Assembly (NCBI GenBank): GCA_963724765.1
Contig: CAVRVY010000004.1
Location: forward strand, 96,001 to 160,000
Direction: 5' to 3'
Source: an uncultured delta proteobacterium
Lineage (GTDB): Bacteria; Desulfobacterota; Binatia; Binatales; Binataceae
DNA: 64,000 nt
Below are positions 37,391-48,406 of this stretch, one piece after another. The notes under the pieces were generated by a model, which had not been told where the DNA came from, ran no database searches, and saw nothing but the letters and a program-made list of their open reading frames with translations. How positions within the stretch are numbered: position 1 is the stretch's first letter; each line of letters opens with the position of its first letter. A program made the translations under genes and the position numbers.

Positions 37391-37660
37391 GGCGGCACCG
37401 TGTCTTTCCTGTCCTCGATTTGGATTTCGATCGTGCATAAGAGCTTAAACCCCAGACCCGGCGCTTTTGTAAAACCTGCCGCACAATCGCCTCATATTTT
37501 CCACGCTATCGCGAAATGGCTTCACCGGCGATGGAAAAAAGGTCACGTTTGCGCGGTGAAAAAGTGATGGTTCGCGGCACGAATTTTGGACCGATTATAA
37601 CATCGGCGGGGATTCCTGCCGGCTCGAGAAAAATCGGCTCGTCAAAGGAAGGATTTTCGT

Positions 37661-38086
37661 ATGAGATTTGAACAAAGCGCGATCGCAGGTTACGCCGCGA
37701 TCCTCGGCATGACTCTGGCATTCCCATCTTTCGCGATGGCGACGATGAACGGAGGCCCCACGCAAAGCGCACCGCTTTTCGCGCAGGCCTCGAGCGTACC
37801 AAATCCCAGGAGCGTGGACGACGCGACGCTGAAACGTGCCGCGGCCGCATACGTAAAGGTGAGGGACATCTCCGTTAAGACCGAGCAGGCGATCAACAAC
37901 ACCGGCGATACGGCCCGCAAGCAACAGTTAGTTGCCGAGAGCGAGTCGGCGAAAGTCGCCGCGGTGAAGGAAGAGGGGATGGAGCCGCAGCAGTACAACA
38001 ACGTCATCAGGATGGTCAGGGACGACAACAGCTTGCAGCAGAAATTCCTGTCGTATGTGCAAGAGCTCAAGCACGCCAAAAGCTAA
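37661..38086 (+). CDS. DUF4168-like exported helical protein
   Basis: Signal peptide; VDDATLKRAAAAY, AVKEEGM...YN.VI..V..D..LQQK; GGAAGGA SD. Confidence 0.7.
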   Translation: MRFEQSAIAGYAAILGMTLAFPSFAMATMNGGPTQSAPLFAQASSVPNPRSVDDATLKRAAAAYVKVRDISVKTEQAINNTGDTARKQQLVAESESAKVAAVKEEGMEPQQYNNVIRMVRDDNSLQQKFLSYVQELKHAKS

Positions 38087-38224
38087 AACATGCGTCGTAG
38101 GATCCCGAGCATGAGGATCGGGCCGAATTAAGAAAACTTGGATCGACGAAAGTCACAGCCAGTTCCCAGTGCGAACGCGGCTCCAGACGAAACGTCTGGG
38201 GAGCAGCGTAGAATACGCTGAACA

Positions 38225-38265
38225 CACACGGACGGCATCGCCCGCGTGACGATGCCGTCCGTGTG
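38225..38265. terminator. Strong hairpin between convergent genes
   Basis: 16-bp perfect stem CACACGGACGGCATCG/CGATGCCGTCCGTGTG; no clear U tract. Confidence 0.6.
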
Positions 38266-38276
38266 CCGCACAATTC

Positions 38277-39491
38277 CTATCCCTTGGGAAGTTTCAGCAC
38301 CCGTTCACCGATGATGTTGTGCTGGATCTCACTCGAGCCGGCCGCGATCGTCAGCCCGCGCGCCGCCAGCGTCCGCATCATCCATCGCCCGCCCTCGACC
38401 GCGCCGATCGATCCCTTCATCAGCGTTGCGTAAGGCCCGAGCAGCTCGTCGGCGAACATCGCCACGCGCAGATTCAGCTCGGTCGCGAAGAGCTTGCCGA
38501 ACGAGGTTTCCGGCCCCGGCACCTTGCCCTTGAGCTGAGCAGTCAGGCCGCGATAGCGACTTAGCCTCAGGCATCGCGATTCGATCGCGAACTGCGAGAG
38601 CTTCTGGCGGATGTAAGGATGTTGGTTAGCGGGTATCCCATCGAACTCGACCGCCCTGGCAAGTTCGATAAGCTCGCTGATGGTGCGCTCGACCGGATGG
38701 CGCGTGCCGCCCGAGGCCCGCTCCCACATGAGCGTCGCAATCGACACCTGCCATCCCTGGTTGATCTCGCCCACCAGGTTTTCCTTGGGCACGCGGACGT
38801 TGTCATAGAAAACTTCGTTGAATCCGGATTCGCCGGTTATCTGCATCAGCGGACGAACCGTGATGCCGGGGCTTTTCATGTCGACCAGCAGGTAGGAGAT
38901 GCCCTTGTGCTTGGGTGCGCCAGGATCGGTGCGCACCAGCAGCACCTGCATGTCGGCGCGCTGCGCGAGGCTGGTCCAGACCTTCTGGCCGTTGACCACG
39001 AACGAGTCGCCCTCGAGCACAGCGCGGGTCTGTAGGCTCGCGAGGTCGGAGCCGGAGTTGGGTTCGGAGTAGCCCTGGCACCAGGTTTCCTCGCCGGTCA
39101 GCATCTTGCCGAGGTAGCGCGCTTTTTGCTGCTCGGTGCCGAGCAGGATGATGGTGGGGCCGATGCGATCGATCGCGAGCTGGTTGGCTCCATACAGCGG
39201 CAGACCCAGGCGCAGCACTTCGTCCTGATAGATCGCCTGCTCGATCAGCGAAGCGCCGCCGCCGCCCCATTCCTTTGGCCAGTGCAGCGCGACGTAGCCG
39301 GCCTCGTAGAGCCGCTTGTGATACTCGCGCAGTCCCTGCCACTTGGAGTCGTCGCCGACGTCGAGCAGGCTGGCGGTCGACGCGCCCATCCCGTCGCCGC
39401 TGCGGCCGAACACTTCGCGCGAGGTTTCCTCCAGCCACGCTCGCAGCCGCGCACGAAACGCCTCTTGCTCGGGGGTGAAACTGAAATCCAT
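38277..39491 (-). CDS. Acyl-CoA dehydrogenase family protein
   Basis: MDFSFTPEQ, WPKEWGG, WCQGYSEPNSGSDLA, NGQKVWTS, FNEVFYDNV.VP, GSSEIQ.NIIGERVL.LP. Confidence 0.93.
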   Translation of the reverse strand: MDFSFTPEQEAFRARLRAWLEETSREVFGRSGDGMGASTASLLDVGDDSKWQGLREYHKRLYEAGYVALHWPKEWGGGGASLIEQAIYQDEVLRLGLPLYGANQLAIDRIGPTIILLGTEQQKARYLGKMLTGEETWCQGYSEPNSGSDLASLQTRAVLEGDSFVVNGQKVWTSLAQRADMQVLLVRTDPGAPKHKGISYLLVDMKSPGITVRPLMQITGESGFNEVFYDNVRVPKENLVGEINQGWQVSIATLMWERASGGTRHPVERTISELIELARAVEFDGIPANQHPYIRQKLSQFAIESRCLRLSRYRGLTAQLKGKVPGPETSFGKLFATELNLRVAMFADELLGPYATLMKGSIGAVEGGRWMMRTLAARGLTIAAGSSEIQHNIIGERVLKLPKG

Positions 39492-39731
39492 ACCCTATCT
39501 CCGACTCCTGTCTCCGTTATGAGCCTCCGGTTTCGCATCGAGGCTAGACCGCGGCGATTGCGGGGAACTATAGCAGTGGCCGCGTCCGGGGGTTAGCCGC
39601 AGGCGCGGGCGCTTTGCCCGCGAGGGCAGGCGTTTGCTATATGATTTGGGTTTGATCGCGTGACCGCACGCGCTATCGATACGAAGGCAGGCGGCGCGCA
39701 AATATCCTCAACCAAGCGGGTGTCAAGGCAG

Positions 39732-40979
<1,248 letters not shown>

Positions 40980-41036
40980 CGCCAATTTGTAGCTTCACGG
41001 CGGCGCGGGACGCGCCCCGAAAGTTTCAGGTTCGTA

Positions 41037-41071
41037 AAGAGCGCCCGCGGGCATCGCCTGCGGGCGCTCTT
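41037..41071 (+). terminator. Terminator hairpin after icd
   Basis: AAGAGCGCCCGCGGGC-ATC-GCCTGCGGGCGCTCTT. Confidence 0.7.
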
Positions 41072-41319
41072 GCATTGGTCCAGATCTGAGCGCCGCTGAC
41101 GATGCTGCTATTGGCTTGTGGTCACCCGTCGCAGCGACACTGCCAGTAGTGGTTCAGGGCTGTGGCACAGCGGGTTCGAATGTCTCCCTATGGCACATTA
41201 CCGCGAAGCGGAGTCAAATAATCCTTGTAGATGCGCGTGTAACCCCGCGGGGGCGAGTGCGTAGTCATTGGTGTTGTGGAGGTGGCGGAGAGCTCGAGTT
41301 CGAGCACAGGGGAGGAACC

Positions 41320-42105
41320 ATGATTTTGCACAACGCGGCAGGGGTGGCAATGGTGTTGCTCGCGCTGGCGGCGGCACAGGGACGCGGCAGTGACATGGCG
41401 GGCACGATGGGGCAGGGCGGCGCGGGGATGGCGGCATCGCACGCGGCCGCAACCGGGACTGATCAGAACGGCGACGCGGCAAGCCAGGACGCGGCTATCG
41501 GCGCGATGTCCTCGATGGACATGTCCGAGCGAATGGCCGGTCACGGAGCGATAGCGGCGCACATGGCGTGGAGTGATACTCGCCCGGTCACCGACGCCGA
41601 CCGCGAGCGCGCCGCGGAAATCGTCAAGACCCTGCAAACTGCGCTCGTCAAGTACAAGGACTATCACGTGGCCGAGGCCGACGGCTTCAAGCCGTTCCAT
41701 CCGGAGTTCCCGCAGAACGTCTATCATTTCACGCGATGGCAGAACGGTCTCAAGGCGGCATTCACCTTCGATCCCTCCGAGCCAACTTCGCTGCTCTACA
41801 AGAAGACCGCCAATGGGTACGAGCTGGTGGGCGCGATGTACACGGCGCCGCGCGGAACCAGCGAAGCGAAGCTCGATCAGCGCGTGCCGCTCGGCGTCGC
41901 GCGATGGCATCGGCACGTCAACCTGTGCTTCCCACCCAAGGGGCAGGGCGCGACCGCCGACTGGACTAAGTTCGGTTTCAAAGGCTCAATTTCGACCAAA
42001 GCCGCGTGCGACATCGCTGGCGGACGCTTCTATCCGCAGGTCTTGGGATGGATGGTGCATGTCTATCCGTGGGCCACGACGCAGGAAACGGCCTGGGCGC
42101 ACTGA
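41320..42105 (+). CDS. Hypothetical exported protein, Met/His-rich
   Basis: GGAGG SD; signal peptide; FDP..PTSLLY.K....YELVGAMY, WHRHVNLC, GWMVHVYP. Confidence 0.75.
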   Translation: MILHNAAGVAMVLLALAAAQGRGSDMAGTMGQGGAGMAASHAAATGTDQNGDAASQDAAIGAMSSMDMSERMAGHGAIAAHMAWSDTRPVTDADRERAAEIVKTLQTALVKYKDYHVAEADGFKPFHPEFPQNVYHFTRWQNGLKAAFTFDPSEPTSLLYKKTANGYELVGAMYTAPRGTSEAKLDQRVPLGVARWHRHVNLCFPPKGQGATADWTKFGFKGSISTKAACDIAGGRFYPQVLGWMVHVYPWATTQETAWAH

Positions 42106-42155
42106 AGCTTCAGCTTGTACTCGTCGCCGGTTGAACCGGCGCTCATTCGATCCTG

Positions 42156-42989
42156 TCATCGGCAGTTGCGGGCGGCGCGGTAGCCGGCCTGCTCGGCAGC
42201 TTGTGCGCTTGAAAACTCGACGCGATTGGCAGTCGAAACCTTGTCGTAGAAGGGACACCCAGGCCATTCGTAGATCCGGCTGCGTCGATTGCCAATGATT
42301 GGTCCGTTTGGCGCGGGCGGCGGTGTAGCGCTATCCAGCACCGAAGAATTTTGCGCGTCCCCTGCGCTGGCACTGGCGCGAAGCGGCCGTGACTCGATCG
42401 CGCGGCTTCTCCAATGTTGCACGTATTGAGCGGCCAGTGCGGAATCGCGAATCACCAGCAGGTTCTCGACGTTCCTGTGCTCGGCGGAATACGTGTAGTT
42501 GAAACTGCCGGTGACGACGACTTCGCCGTCGATAATCATAACCTTGTCGTGCATCAGGCCGGGCGGCCTGTCGACCAGCACGGGAATTCCGGCGGCGCCA
42601 AGATGCTCGACGGCGAACGCGTCGTCGTGGTTGCGGCGGTCGGTGAGCTGCCGGTAGTCAACGATGGCGCGAACGTCCACGCCCCGCTGGTGAGCATCAA
42701 TCAGAGCCGTCACCAGTGGGCCGGGCGTAATCTCATAAGCCTGGATCAGGATCGATTTGCGCGCCGCCCTTACCGCGTCCTCGATAGCTCTGACCGGGTC
42801 GCATCCACCGGGCAGCGGCGGCGAGAAGCAGACCTCGATTTGCGCCGCTAACGCTCCAGGTGCCGGCGCGGCAGCCGCAAATACGAATGCAACGGCGAAC
42901 GCCGCGAGCGCCAGCCGTCTCTGCCGGATTGGCGCGATCAATCTGTGCCGGTGCGCTGCGACATCCCGAGCGCGCCCGCGCACCGTCAT
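42156..42989 (-). CDS. Exported phospholipase D/Nuc-family protein with C-terminal Ada-like metal-binding domain
   Basis: Signal peptide; FSP, single HKD motif HDKVMIID..VVVTGSFN, NVEN; C-terminal IIGNRRSRIY..PGC....RVEF.S...AE.AGYRAARNC. Confidence 0.85.
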   Translation of the reverse strand: MTVRGRARDVAAHRHRLIAPIRQRRLALAAFAVAFVFAAAAPAPGALAAQIEVCFSPPLPGGCDPVRAIEDAVRAARKSILIQAYEITPGPLVTALIDAHQRGVDVRAIVDYRQLTDRRNHDDAFAVEHLGAAGIPVLVDRPPGLMHDKVMIIDGEVVVTGSFNYTYSAEHRNVENLLVIRDSALAAQYVQHWRSRAIESRPLRASASAGDAQNSSVLDSATPPPAPNGPIIGNRRSRIYEWPGCPFYDKVSTANRVEFSSAQAAEQAGYRAARNCR

Positions 42990-43780
42990 CGCACGCCGCC
43001 CTTGCGCTGATGGATACGTTCGTCCTGACGCGCCATCCCCTCGATTCGCGAGCCCTCAAGATGCGACACCAGTGCCGCGCCCAGCTCCATCTCGACCGAG
43101 GCGTCGAAGTCCATGTCCATCGCGCGGTACACACCTTCGCGCGTGAGCGCCAGTTCGGCCGGGTAGTGCGCGGCGATTTTTTCGGCCAGCGCGCGGACCG
43201 CTGACTCGAGCTCGTCCGCCGGCACCACGCGGTTGACCAGCCCGATTCGCATTGCCTCGGCGGCGTCGATTAGTTCGGCGGTGTAGAGCAGTTCGAAGGC
43301 GAGGCCCGCCCCGACCAGGCGGGTAAGGTTATACAGTCCGCCCATCGTTACCGTTGCACCAACCCGCACCTCGGTGAAGCCAAGCCTGGTGCCCTCGGCG
43401 GCGATGCGCATGTCGGCGAGCATCGCGACCTCGCATCCGCCGCCCACGGCGTAGCCATGCACTTGCGCGATCAGCGGTTTGCCGATGCGGCGGAAGCGGC
43501 GTGCGATTTCCTGCTCGGGACCGATGTGCGTGCGCCAGAATTCCATCAGCTCCTGGCGGCGCGGATTTTCCTTGAGGTCGGCGCCTGCGCAGAAGGCGCG
43601 GCCTGCGCCGCGGATCACCACCACGCGCGCCGCGGCGTCCTCGCGCGCGGTTTGCGCCGCGGCCACCAGCGCATGAATCCATTCGTCGTTCATCGCATTG
43701 AGCACGTGCGGCCGGTTGAGCGTGATATATCCGATCACGCCGCTGCGTTCGTAAAGCACCGGGGCTTCCATCGTGCTCAC
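42986..43780 (-). CDS. Enoyl-CoA hydratase/isomerase family protein
   Basis: LNRP..LNA, AFCAGADL, HGYAVGGGCE, FTEVRVG. Confidence 0.92.
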   Translation of the reverse strand: MSTMEAPVLYERSGVIGYITLNRPHVLNAMNDEWIHALVAAAQTAREDAAARVVVIRGAGRAFCAGADLKENPRRQELMEFWRTHIGPEQEIARRFRRIGKPLIAQVHGYAVGGGCEVAMLADMRIAAEGTRLGFTEVRVGATVTMGGLYNLTRLVGAGLAFELLYTAELIDAAEAMRIGLVNRVVPADELESAVRALAEKIAAHYPAELALTREGVYRAMDMDFDASVEMELGAALVSHLEGSRIEGMARQDERIHQRKGGVR

Positions 43781-43825
43781 CTCTTGGTCTAAACGCCGGA
43801 GAACAATGGCGCGAACGCGCTCTTT

Positions 43826-44359
43826 TCAATGGCCCATCTTCAGCAGATCGTCCTGAGCCCAGCCTTCTTTCAGCGGCACCATGAAGTACGGCGTCAGCGC
43901 CATCTTTTTGAACTTCCACTCGCCGTTGTGGCGTACGTACTCATCGTCGTAGCGCGCCGCGACCACGTAGCTCTCGCCCTTGTAGACCGGCTTGGCCTCC
44001 AGATACGAGAAGCCGGTCGCGTGGTCGCCGTGAACTTCGACCACGTGGTTGTGGATGAACTGGCGCACGCGCGAGAGCCGCGGCGGCTTGTTCTTGCCGG
44101 CACCGTCGGGCTTGACCAGCAGGCCGCCGAAGAAGCGGTTAATTTCGTCGCGTCCGTGGGCGTTGCCGAGGTGGCCGAAGAGCAGATCGCCATCCTCGGT
44201 GAAGAGACTCGCGATCTCGGTGAATTTCGCCTCGTTGATGTATTCGTGATAGCGGAAGCGGAGGTCGCGTATCGCCTCGAGGTCGACAAGTTCCCGCACC
44301 TTGGATTCGAGCGTGCTTACGCGGGCCTCCAAGTCGGCGGCCATGTGATCGGCGGCCAT
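43826..44359 (-). CDS. SnoaL/NTF2-fold protein
   Basis: DLEAIRDLRFRY, LFTEDG, GRDEI, RYDDEYVR..GEWKF; GGAGGA SD. Confidence 0.85.
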   Translation of the reverse strand: MAADHMAADLEARVSTLESKVRELVDLEAIRDLRFRYHEYINEAKFTEIASLFTEDGDLLFGHLGNAHGRDEINRFFGGLLVKPDGAGKNKPPRLSRVRQFIHNHVVEVHGDHATGFSYLEAKPVYKGESYVVAARYDDEYVRHNGEWKFKKMALTPYFMVPLKEGWAQDDLLKMGH

Positions 44360-44638
44360 GTCAATCGTCCTCCCGGTAGTTTCGTTCAGGCTTGCTTCGA
44401 GGCTTGTCTAACACGGCTTGGCCCCTGCCACAAAACGGCCCGGCGGGGCCGATCGCATGTGGCTTCACACGGCGGGCGGCGGCTGATATTGATTCGGGGG
44501 TCGCGCGCGGACAAACCCGCCGCCGACTCACCGGCGGCCGGATTCGCGGCATGCCGGCTAAAGCTTTGCGCGCGCGGCGATAGCGGATATATAAGTCAGC
44601 CTCATGGAGGAGAGGGGCGTCGGCCCCTCCGGCAAAGT

Positions 44639-45580
44639 GTGATCAAGCGAAGAAAAATTGCTTTCATCGGCGCCGGCAACGTCGGCGCCACCTGTGCCCA
44701 CCTGTGCTTTTTGCGCGAGTTGGGCGATATTGCGCTCTTCGACATCATCGACGGCCTGCCCCAGGGCAAGGCACTCGACATGCTCGAGTCCGCTCCGGTG
44801 CTGGGCGTCGACGTGAACGTCAGCGGCTCGACCGACATGAAGATCATCGAGGGCGCCGACTGTTGCGTGGTAACCTCGGGATCGCCGCGCAAGCCCGGGA
44901 TGAGCCGCGACGATCTGCTGAAAATCAACGCCGGGGTCATGAACCAGGTCGGCGGCGCGATCAAGCAGCATGCGCCCGACGCGTTCGTGATCGTGGTGAC
45001 CAACCCGCTCGACGCGATGGTGACGCAGATCAAGCGCGTCACCGGCTTTCCCAAGCATCGCGTCGCCGGGCAGGCCGGCGTGCTCGACTCGGCGCGCTAC
45101 CGCACCTTCCTTGCGACCGAGCTCAAGGTGTCGGTCGAGAGCGTCTCGGCGATGGTGCTCGGCGGGCATGGCGACGACATGGTGCCCGTGCGCAGCTACA
45201 CCAGCGTGGGCGGCGTGCCGATCGAGCGCATGATCGCGCCGGGGCGGCTCGACGAGATCGAAAAACGCACGCGCAACGGCGGCGGCGAGATCGTCGAACT
45301 GATGAAGACGTCGTCGTACTACGCCGCGGGCGCGGCGGTCTACCGGATGGTCGAGGCCTACATCCTCGACCGCAAGGAAGTGCTGCCGTGCGCGGTTTAC
45401 CTCGAGGGCGAATATGGCGTGCGCGGGCTGTACGCCGGCGTACCGGCGGTGATCGGGGCGGGCGGCGTCGAGCGGGTGATTGAAATCCAGCTCACGGCGG
45501 CCGAGAAGACCGCTTTCGACAGCTCCGTTTCGCACGTGCGCGAACTGGTCGAAGCGATGGACAAAGCGGTAGCCGGCTAG
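44639..45580 (+). CDS. mdh: Malate dehydrogenase (LDH-like)
   Basis: IGAGNVG, GKALD, PRKPGMSRDDL, VTNPLD, LDSAR, GGHGD; GTG start at 44639 (upstream extension in the ORF track is spurious). Confidence 0.96.
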   Translation: MIKRRKIAFIGAGNVGATCAHLCFLRELGDIALFDIIDGLPQGKALDMLESAPVLGVDVNVSGSTDMKIIEGADCCVVTSGSPRKPGMSRDDLLKINAGVMNQVGGAIKQHAPDAFVIVVTNPLDAMVTQIKRVTGFPKHRVAGQAGVLDSARYRTFLATELKVSVESVSAMVLGGHGDDMVPVRSYTSVGGVPIERMIAPGRLDEIEKRTRNGGGEIVELMKTSSYYAAGAAVYRMVEAYILDRKEVLPCAVYLEGEYGVRGLYAGVPAVIGAGGVERVIEIQLTAAEKTAFDSSVSHVRELVEAMDKAVAG

Positions 45581-45641
45581 GGCGCCGATCGCCGGTATCT
45601 GGCGAATCGCCGCCCCGCGCCAAACGTAGGGTTAGTGAAAC

Positions 45642-46805
45642 ATGAACATCCACGAGTTCCAGGCCAAACAGTTGCTCGGCCGTTTCGGCGTACCGGTGCC
45701 CAAGGGGCAAGCGGCCTCCACGCCAGACGAGGCGGCCGCTGCATTCACCGCGCTTGGCCAGCCCAAGGCCGTTATCAAGGCGCAGATCCATGCCGGCGGG
45801 CGCGGCAAAGCCGGCGGCGTCAAGTTGATAAGCTCGGCCGGGGAGGCGCGCGAATTCGCCGCCCGGCTGCTCGGCAAGACGCTGGTGACGCATCAGACGG
45901 GCCCCGAGGGGCGCGTGGTACGCCGGGTTTACGTCGAAGAGGCGAGCCAGGTCGCGCGCGAGCTCTACCTGGGCATGGTGGTCGATCGCAAGGCCGCGGC
46001 GGTCGCAGTGATCGCGAGCACCGAGGGCGGCACGGAGATCGAAGAGGTCTCGGCCAAGACGCCCGAGAAGATAATCACTGACCCGGTCGACCCGTTGCTG
46101 GGGATGGCGCCGTTCCAGGCGCGCCGGATCGCGTTTGCGCTGGGACTCAAGGACAAGCAGGTGGGCCAGTTCGCGGCGCTGCTCGGCGCGCTCTACCGCG
46201 CGTTTGTCGAAACCGACGCCTCGCTGGTCGAGATCAACCCGCTGGTGGTGACGGCCGACGGCCGCGTGATTTGCCTGGACGCCAAAATTTCGTTCGACGA
46301 CAACGGACTGTTCCGCCATCCCGACATCCGCGAGCTGCGCGACTCCAACGAAGAGGACCCGGCCGAGACCGAGGCTGCCAAGTACGATCTGAGCTACGTG
46401 CATCTCGACGGCAATATCGGATGCATGGTCAACGGCGCGGGCCTCGCGATGGCGACGATGGATATCGTGAAATACTACGGCGCCGAGCCGGCCAACTTTC
46501 TCGACGTGGGCGGCGGCGCCAATGCCAAGAAGATTGCGGCCGCGTTTCGCATCCTGCTCTCCGACTCGCGCGTCAAGGCGGTGCTGATCAACGTCTTCGG
46601 CGGCATCATGCAATGCGACGTGCTGGCGCGCGGCGTGGTCGACGCGGCGCGCGAGGTCAAGCTCAGCATCCCGCTGGTGGTCCGCATGGAAGGGACCAAC
46701 GTCAAAGAGGGCAAGCAGATCCTGGCCGAGTCGGGCATCAAGGTGATCGCCGCCAACAACATGGCCGACGCGGCACGCCGCGTGGTCGAGTCGATCGGCA
46801 AATAG
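45642..46805 (+). CDS. sucC: Succinyl-CoA synthetase beta subunit
   Basis: [49 protein letters not shown]. Confidence 0.98.
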   Translation: MNIHEFQAKQLLGRFGVPVPKGQAASTPDEAAAAFTALGQPKAVIKAQIHAGGRGKAGGVKLISSAGEAREFAARLLGKTLVTHQTGPEGRVVRRVYVEEASQVARELYLGMVVDRKAAAVAVIASTEGGTEIEEVSAKTPEKIITDPVDPLLGMAPFQARRIAFALGLKDKQVGQFAALLGALYRAFVETDASLVEINPLVVTADGRVICLDAKISFDDNGLFRHPDIRELRDSNEEDPAETEAAKYDLSYVHLDGNIGCMVNGAGLAMATMDIVKYYGAEPANFLDVGGGANAKKIAAAFRILLSDSRVKAVLINVFGGIMQCDVLARGVVDAAREVKLSIPLVVRMEGTNVKEGKQILAESGIKVIAANNMADAARRVVESIGK

Positions 46806-46815
46806 GACAGATTCG

Positions 46816-47697
46816 ATGAGCATCCTGGTAAACAAAAACACCCGCGTCCTCACCCAGGGCATCACCGGCGCCACCGGTCAGTTCCACACCCGCGCCTGCC
46901 GCGATTACGGCACACAGATGGTAGGCGGCGTGGTGCCAGGCAAGGGCGGCACCGACTTCGAGGGCATCCCGATTTTCGACACCGTCGAGCAAGCGCGCAA
47001 AGCGACCGGCGCCAACGCGACCGTGATTTATGTTCCGCCGCCGTTTGCCGCCGACGCGATTCTCGAAGCGGTGGCCGCCGGAGTCGAACTCGTCATCTGC
47101 ATCACCGAGGGTATTCCGGTGCTCGACATGGTAAAGGTCAAGCACTATTTGAGGGACAGCAAGTCGCGATTGATCGGCCCCAACTGTCCCGGCGTGATCA
47201 CCCCCGGCGAGTGCAAAATTGGCATCATGCCAGGCTACATCCACAAGCCCGGGCGGGTCGGCGTGATCTCGCGCTCCGGCACGCTGACCTATGAGGCGGT
47301 GCATCAGCTCACCCAACTCGGCATCGGGCAATCGACCTGCGTCGGAATCGGCGGCGACCCGATAATCGGCACCAACCAGATCGACGCGCTGGAACTGTTC
47401 AACAAGGACCCGGGCACCGACGCGGTGATCTTCATCGGCGAGATCGGCGGCACCGCCGAGGAAGAGGCGGCGGCCTACATAAAGCAGAACTTCAAGAAGC
47501 CCGTGGTGGCGTTCATTGCCGGACAGACCGCGCCCAAGGGACGCCGGATGGGCCACGCGGGAGCGATCATCTCGGGCGGACACGGCGGAGCGGCCGACAA
47601 GATCGCAGCGCTCAAGGCCGCCGGCATCGGCGTCGCGATGAGCCCGGCCGATCTCGGCTCGACCATGAAGGCCGCGCTCGACGGCCACAAGAATTGA
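46816..47697 (+). CDS. sucD: Succinyl-CoA synthetase alpha subunit
   Basis: [32 protein letters not shown] phospho-His. Confidence 0.98.
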   Translation: MSILVNKNTRVLTQGITGATGQFHTRACRDYGTQMVGGVVPGKGGTDFEGIPIFDTVEQARKATGANATVIYVPPPFAADAILEAVAAGVELVICITEGIPVLDMVKVKHYLRDSKSRLIGPNCPGVITPGECKIGIMPGYIHKPGRVGVISRSGTLTYEAVHQLTQLGIGQSTCVGIGGDPIIGTNQIDALELFNKDPGTDAVIFIGEIGGTAEEEAAAYIKQNFKKPVVAFIAGQTAPKGRRMGHAGAIISGGHGGAADKIAALKAAGIGVAMSPADLGSTMKAALDGHKN

Positions 47698-47741
47698 AGG
47701 CGGCGCTGGAAGCCCGGCGCAATCAGGACGGCAAGTAGCGG

Positions 47742-48161
47742 ATGGCGATCGAACGGACATTGGCAATCATCAAGCCCGACGCGGTGGGGCGCGGGCTTTC
47801 CGGCGACATCATCAAACGCATCGAGGGCGCGGGACTGCAGCTTTGCGCGATGCGCCTGATGCGCCTGGGACCCGCGCAGGCCGAAGCGTTCTACGAAGTG
47901 CACAAGGCACGGCCGTTTTATGGCTCGCTCTGCGAATACATGTCGTCGGGGCCAGTGGTGGTGATGGCGTTGGAGGCCGACGGCGCGATCGCGAAGTGGC
48001 GCGACCTGATGGGCGCGACGGATCCGGCCAAGGCGGCCGCCGGCACGATTCGCAAGGACTTCGGCATGGACGTCGAAAAGAACGCGACCCACGGCTCCGA
48101 CGCACCCGAGACCGCTGCGCGCGAAGTGGCGTTCTTCTTCAGCAGCCTCGACATCGTATAG
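47742..48161 (+). CDS. ndk: Nucleoside diphosphate kinase
   Basis: ERTLAIIKPDAV, MGATDP, GTIR, NATHGSD. Confidence 0.98.
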   Translation: MAIERTLAIIKPDAVGRGLSGDIIKRIEGAGLQLCAMRLMRLGPAQAEAFYEVHKARPFYGSLCEYMSSGPVVVMALEADGAIAKWRDLMGATDPAKAAAGTIRKDFGMDVEKNATHGSDAPETAAREVAFFFSSLDIV

Positions 48162-48358
48162 GTTTCACAAACGCTATCTTGGAGGAACACCGACTGTGGC
48201 AGAGCCGCCTCGAGTGGCGTGAGGGTTCTTTATCCCAGGCATGGCTTGTGCCGCACCATTGCAAGCGCCGCCGGTAGTCGCCCCTTCTTCTAATTGCATG
48301 CGCGCTGCGAACAGGCGCTTGATTCGTTTTCGGACGGCAGCTCGATAGTTGTAACTAC

Positions 48359-48372
48359 ATTTCGTACGAAAT
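48359..48372. promoter_or_regulatory. Perfect 14-bp palindrome upstream of the acyltransferase (candidate operator)
   Basis: ATTTCGTACGAAAT, next to the imperfect palindrome TAGTTGTAACTA (48346-48357). Confidence 0.35.
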
Positions 48373-48406
48373 AAACTTCTCTAGGCGCGCCTTGGTGCTC
48401 TGAGTC

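Noticed and set aside
37575-37590. Sigma54-like promoter CGGCACGAATTTTGGA upstream of the DUF4168-like gene
   Set aside because: The -12 element reads GG instead of the conserved GC; near miss only
42156-42989. PLD nuclease as an anti-phage defence gene
   Set aside because: It has a signal peptide, no helicase, methylase or other defence partner nearby, and is coupled to metabolic genes
43829-44638. 270-aa N-terminal extension making mdh look like a fusion
   Set aside because: The extension is antisense to the SnoaL gene and crosses the divergent promoter region; MDH homology starts at 44639
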